A stretch of DNA of 62,000 bases from Wallemia ichthyophaga EXF-994 (Eukaryota; Fungi; Basidiomycota), in assembly GCF_000400465.1 (NCBI RefSeq), contig NW_008806283.1, positions 82,001 through 144,000 on the forward strand, in the 5' to 3' direction. The notes beneath the pieces are model-generated. The model was not told the origin of the DNA. It worked only from the letters and a program-made list of their open reading frames with translations, and ran no database searches. Position 1 is the first letter of the stretch. Each line of letters begins with the position of its first letter. A program made the position numbers and the translations under genes. Below are positions 57,633 through 62,000 of this stretch, one piece after another.

Positions 57633-59081
57633 CTAAAGCATCCCCTCTACACCCATCCACAGCAGGAACCTCGTGAACAAACTAACTTTACGTTGTGGCT
57701 GCTTGAATGTCTTCTCACTAACCTCAGTACTGCAGCTATTCAATTCCTCTACCTCCCCTTGCAGCCTCTTTTTCAGCTCGCCACTACTCGTCATCAACAG
57801 AAAACTCAACTCAAGGTCGAGATTGCTACTTCGTCCACTGAGGTTCGAACTGCCGATGAGAGTGGCCATAGCATCATCTGCACTCTTCTCATTACGTATC
57901 CATAGCCCTTTGCAGTGGTAAGTCCAACCATTTCTCCGCCATTCTTTCAATTGGAGTGAGTTATGGCGGTGGTGTTTGATAGACGATGTGTAGAATTTAC
58001 TCATTAGATGCGTATATGCCTCCGGTATACGCCCACTAACTCCCCTGCTACCTAAAAATCCATTAGCATCCGGTGATGCAGCTATTATCCATGTCGGTAC
58101 TCGACTCTCCATTACGCGCCGCTTGTAACCCCCACCCAAGCTAAAGTAACCAGATGTCATGTGAAGTATAGCGCCAGGAATGCTGTTGATTGCGTCAAGA
58201 AGATAGTGCACCGAATCCTCCTCCTCCCTCACACCCCACAAACCAGACTGGATGAGCGGATAAATGGTGGTGTCGTATTGTGGCTGGTCTACTTGTTCAT
58301 TACTCATGCGACACTGTCTGCGAGTGAAGTGTTCCATCTCCTCACGCGCTTTATCGCTGAATGCACTAGCTGGTGCATCATTCTCCCATCGCACATCATC
58401 TGAGTCGCACAGTTTATAACTGAAGCGCGTCATTAACTCGACAAAAGCGCGTAAATAGTTGGATAACTGGAAATGATCAGTAATTTGCATATATCTGTCT
58501 TGTCTGTTTGTGAAATAAGACGTGTTTAGATTCGCCCCCGAAAGAAGAACAGTGTCATCGAAGCAGTATATCTTGGTGTGTTGTGTACCAAAACCTTCTA
58601 TAAATCTGGGCGGTATAAACCGTTGTAAGATGCCCAAATTGGTGTTTGGTTTGTGGAGAAATACCCTCACTCTATTGCCAAAGAGGCGTACCAGAGGGGA
58701 AATCAGACTGGCTGGTGAGTGTGGTGGGTGTGCTTGGCGTGTAAACCTATTGAAATCGGCGAGTATAGTGACTGTGAGCTGCTGATTCTCTCTCAGACGC
58801 CGCTGCAACAGTCCCACCAACTCATTCTGTTCTTCGCCGATATAGAGGGTGGAAATGTAGATAGAGCGTTGGGCTGTGTTTATATGATGTATAAATCGCC
58901 TATGGAAGTCAATAGGCTTGCTCAACAAGTCAATTTGCTTCGAATTTGCTTTGAAAGAAGGGTGTCTGTTGCACAGCCAGGGGTATAATTCATCGATGCG
59001 ATGTGGGTGATGTGTGCCGTGACTTGTGCCTTTAATTGGAATCTTCGGGATCTGATTGAACCAGTTCCTTAAGAAACCCAT
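57633..59081 (-). CDS. PGS1: CDP-diacylglycerol--glycerol-3-phosphate 3-phosphatidyltransferase (PLD superfamily)
   Basis: STLYIG, RF.EGFGTQHTKIYCFDDTVLLSGANL...YFTNRQDRY, WTYHCKGLW, TLIGSSN...RS..LDLE. Confidence 0.93.
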   Translation of the reverse strand: MGFLRNWFNQIPKIPIKGTSHGTHHPHRIDELYPWLCNRHPSFKANSKQIDLLSKPIDFHRRFIHHINTAQRSIYISTLYIGEEQNELVGLLQRRLRENQQLTVTILADFNRFTRQAHPPHSPASLISPLVRLFGNRVRVFLHKPNTNLGILQRFIPPRFIEGFGTQHTKIYCFDDTVLLSGANLNTSYFTNRQDRYMQITDHFQLSNYLRAFVELMTRFSYKLCDSDDVRWENDAPASAFSDKAREEMEHFTRRQCRMSNEQVDQPQYDTTIYPLIQSGLWGVREEEDSVHYLLDAINSIPGAILHMTSGYFSLGGGYKRRVMESRVPTWIIAASPDANGFLGSRGVSGRIPEAYTHLMSKFYTSSIKHHRHNSLQLKEWRRNGWTYHCKGLWIRNEKSADDAMATLIGSSNLSGRSSNLDLELSFLLMTSSGELKKRLQGEVEELNSCSTEVSEKTFKQPQRKVSLFTRFLLWMGVEGML

Positions 59082-59130
59082 CAAATACTCCCGATGACTG
59101 TCTTCTCGATACCATCACTACCGACAATAG

Positions 59131-60890
59131 ATGATTGATGATTTCTACGAATATTTATCTAACAAATCCAATGGAATCGCTGTAGATCATCTAAAACTGG
59201 TTAGCTGTCTTCTACTGAGCTACCCACTCTCTCACTGTGAGCCCAACCACTAAATACGGTATCATCCACTCAAAGTCCCCTAGTATTCTTGCGTATTCCA
59301 CCTCAATATCCAAATCTACGTCACGCCTTTAATCTATCCTCTTCTCTTTTCTTCCTTGTCGGGATATTCTCACTTAAATGGGGTCTAATCAACCTCATCC
59401 TAAACTCTGTCATTAGTTACTCCCTGGCACACACTCTATCCAGGTACAAACACATGCCGTGGATCGTTATGGCTTTTGCCATGTCACACCTCCTATGTTT
59501 CCACCTACGACGCCTAATCCACACTACTCCCTCAACCTCGGTCGAAATCAGCGGTAGTCTGATGGTTCTCATCCAGCGTACAACCACCTACGCCTGGAAT
59601 GTCCATGATGGCTGCTGTACCGATGCCGAATTGCAGGAATTGCAGGATCACCAGAAAGACAACCGCGTCACCCACAAACCCTCCCTCCTCGCTTTCCTCG
59701 CTTACACTCTCTACTTTCCCGCCATCCTCGTCGGTCCTGCGTTCCCATACGACGCGTATGCCAGTTTAGTGGATGATAGTCTATTTGAGACACCGCGCCC
59801 GCGCAAGCTCAAACTCAAAGGACGCAGACGGGCTGGATATCGTAGAATGGTATTTGGGTTATTTTTTTTGGCCATCTACGCGGTGTGGGGGGGATCCGCT
59901 GATATGTCCCGCCTCATTGACCCTGCCTGGCAGCGCAACCACACCATTCTGCGCCGCATCCTCTTCGTGCAGAAAGCAGGCGTCATTACTCGGTTTAAGT
60001 ACTACGCAGTCTGGTCCATCTCTGAGGGCGCGTGCATCATCTCGGGTCTCGGCTTCAATGGCTACAACGCCGCTAATGGGCGCACGCGCTGGGATCGGGT
60101 GCGCAATATCGACGTGCTCAGCGTAGAGCTGGCGCAGAACATTAAGGAGCTACTAGACGCGTGGAATATGAACACTAACATTTGGCTCAAGACTTGCGTA
60201 TATCTTCGCATCACTAGTCGTGGTGAAAAACCTGGTTTCGCGTCCACCCTCTTCACCTTCCTCACGAGCGCTTTCTGGCACGGCCTGCCTTTGGGTTACT
60301 ATCTTACATTCGTCTTCGGTGGGTTCCTCCAAGCTCTGGGGAAGATGGTGCGCAGGAATGTGAGACCGTTTTTCATCGCTACTGATAAACAAGGTGAACA
60401 AATTGAACAAGGCAAACACCTCAAATACCTCTATGATGTACTCTCCATCATTACCACACAGACGCTCATCAACTTTGCCGTTATCCCCTTCCTGCTTCTT
60501 GATTGGAGAGATAGTGTACGAGGATGGAATAGCGTGTGCTGGTATGGCGTAGTGGTGGTCGCGTGTGCTTTCGCCTATTTCAAAGGTTTCGGTGGCGTAG
60601 GGAGGTTACAGAGCAGACTACAGAAGCAGCAACGCGATGATACGCTCAACGACCTCCTCTTCGACGCCACCCCTACATCTGAGTTGAGAGATAGGGTGGG
60701 GCTGGACGAGGAGCTGTTGACAAGAGACGTTGACGAAATGATTCAGAAACTACTCTCTAATGGCTCACTCGCCAGTCGCGAAGCTGCGGATCAGATTAAG
60801 GATATGAGCAGCGACGGGAAGGCTATAACAAAGGCAGCGGTTAAAGACGCTGTTGAGGGAAATAGAAGTGGGAGTGGGAGTGAAATTTAA
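59131..60890 (+). CDS. ALE1: MBOAT lysophospholipid acyltransferase
   Basis: ATG 59131 plus intron 59237-59283; YFPAILVGP, RFKYYAVW, WNMNTNIWLK..VYLR, SAFWHG catalytic His. Confidence 0.93.
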
Positions 60891-61152
60891 AGCAAAAGTA
60901 AATAACCACTCATTTTATGTTTTGTGTTTTGTGTTTTACGATGAAATGAAAATTTTGATATCATTGTTTCGTCGTTCGCGGTTGTGTGCTGTAAACCGGA
61001 ATGGTATATACTCACTAGCCAGCACCCACACACACATCTTAAGTATAAACTTGGCATCTATCCAAATGTCACCCACTTCGGGTATTAAAGTCAACTGATT
61101 CTTGTGGAAATACCACCAACTAGTGTAATTTATATCATAAGATCAATAAACC

Positions 61153-62000
61153 ATGGTAGATACACAACCAGCCAGTCTGCACTCACTACCTGCTGAGTTG
61201 CTGGATATGGTGTTGATACTGCAGCCGCAACTCGCAAAGACATGTAAATACCTCTACAACCTCAATCTAAAGAACGATTTCGCCATCGTTAGAGGTCCGG
61301 GTTGCAAAATACGCGGGGTGTCCCACTACACATTCTCAGAAACTCCCGTTAAGCTTATCGGTGGTTTTAACGGGCAGCTGAAACGAATGACGATACTACC
61401 GTGTGCAGATTACATCAGAAAGCTTTACGTGAATATGCACAACACCAAGTCAGGTAGGTGGGGGTGAAACGTCGAAATCCGGGGATGATGAGCGCATAAA
61501 TAACTCAAAACAGGTAAAATGGGCTCGTATATCAACACACTAGCTAATCACGTTTGCGCATTCACCAACCTCCACCAGCTGACAGTAACGTTGAGTTCCC
61601 TTTACCACATACTTGCTATGAAGAATATTGTCATGGAGAATATATCCACGCTGGTGCTCGAATGCAGGAGTTTCTACCTCGAAGATAGTGAGCCGGATGA
61701 TGTGGTGGACTTGCTGCTCACCTCCTTCCCCAATCTCGAGAAAGTGCTCTTGTACGCCGGGAATGACTTCAGAGGCTCGGCGGAGAAACTTAAGAAAGTG
61801 TTTAGCGAGAAAATGCCAGCCTCTAGATACCTACAATATGCTGTTATATTATATAGGAGCTGGAGCAATGTCTCCTTGACATCGACAATGGTTTACCTCA
61901 ATGAATACATACGGGTAGGTGGAGGTGGACGTGAACACGGAAATTTGAAATACACACGCACAGCTCTCGCCCCAATATGCACACCAAATCTGCTCAAGGT
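61153..62000 (+). CDS. F-box-like protein, partial (runs off right edge)
   Basis: SLHSLPAELLDMVL...LAKTCKYLY F-box-like start; downstream LRR-like exon fragments. Confidence 0.55.

Overview
This is a gene-dense eukaryotic window from a highly compacted basidiomycete fungus. Short 44-63 nt introns, near-zero intergenic spaces and an acidic class I hydrophobin suggest the xerophilic/halophilic genus Wallemia (inference; not verifiable without a search). I can support about 37 protein-coding genes. Recognisable ones include PAQR/IZH, SLA2, 14-3-3, ADE2, SRP14, an RDS2/AcuM-like transcription factor, RRP5, SEC27, aminopeptidase P, a CoA Nudix hydrolase, PLC1, PGS1 and ALE1. Three small spliced genes are absent from the ORF track: MIC12-like, MIC10 and COX14-like. 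There is also one intron-containing tRNA-Gln(UUG), an inverted pseudogenised copy of the aminopeptidase P last exon, and two decayed coding relics. The most notable observations are: (1) five to six ORF-track fragments at 42126-51685 splice into one gene of about 3,085 aa with a PH domain, long disordered tandem repeats carrying GGKGGKGSKGKKG motifs, and a C-terminal coiled coil; (2) a spliced gene at 7997-8943 whose N-terminal core resembles by eye both fungal Rrg8 and bacterial YlxR/RnpM, a candidate mitochondrial RNase P modulator; (3) head-to-head genes with start codons only 19-69 nt apart; (4) a miniature PEX39-like protein ending in KKPWD; (5) an RRP5 that appears to keep only about 6 S1 domains. 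Gene models and family calls were made by eye, and no database searches were run.
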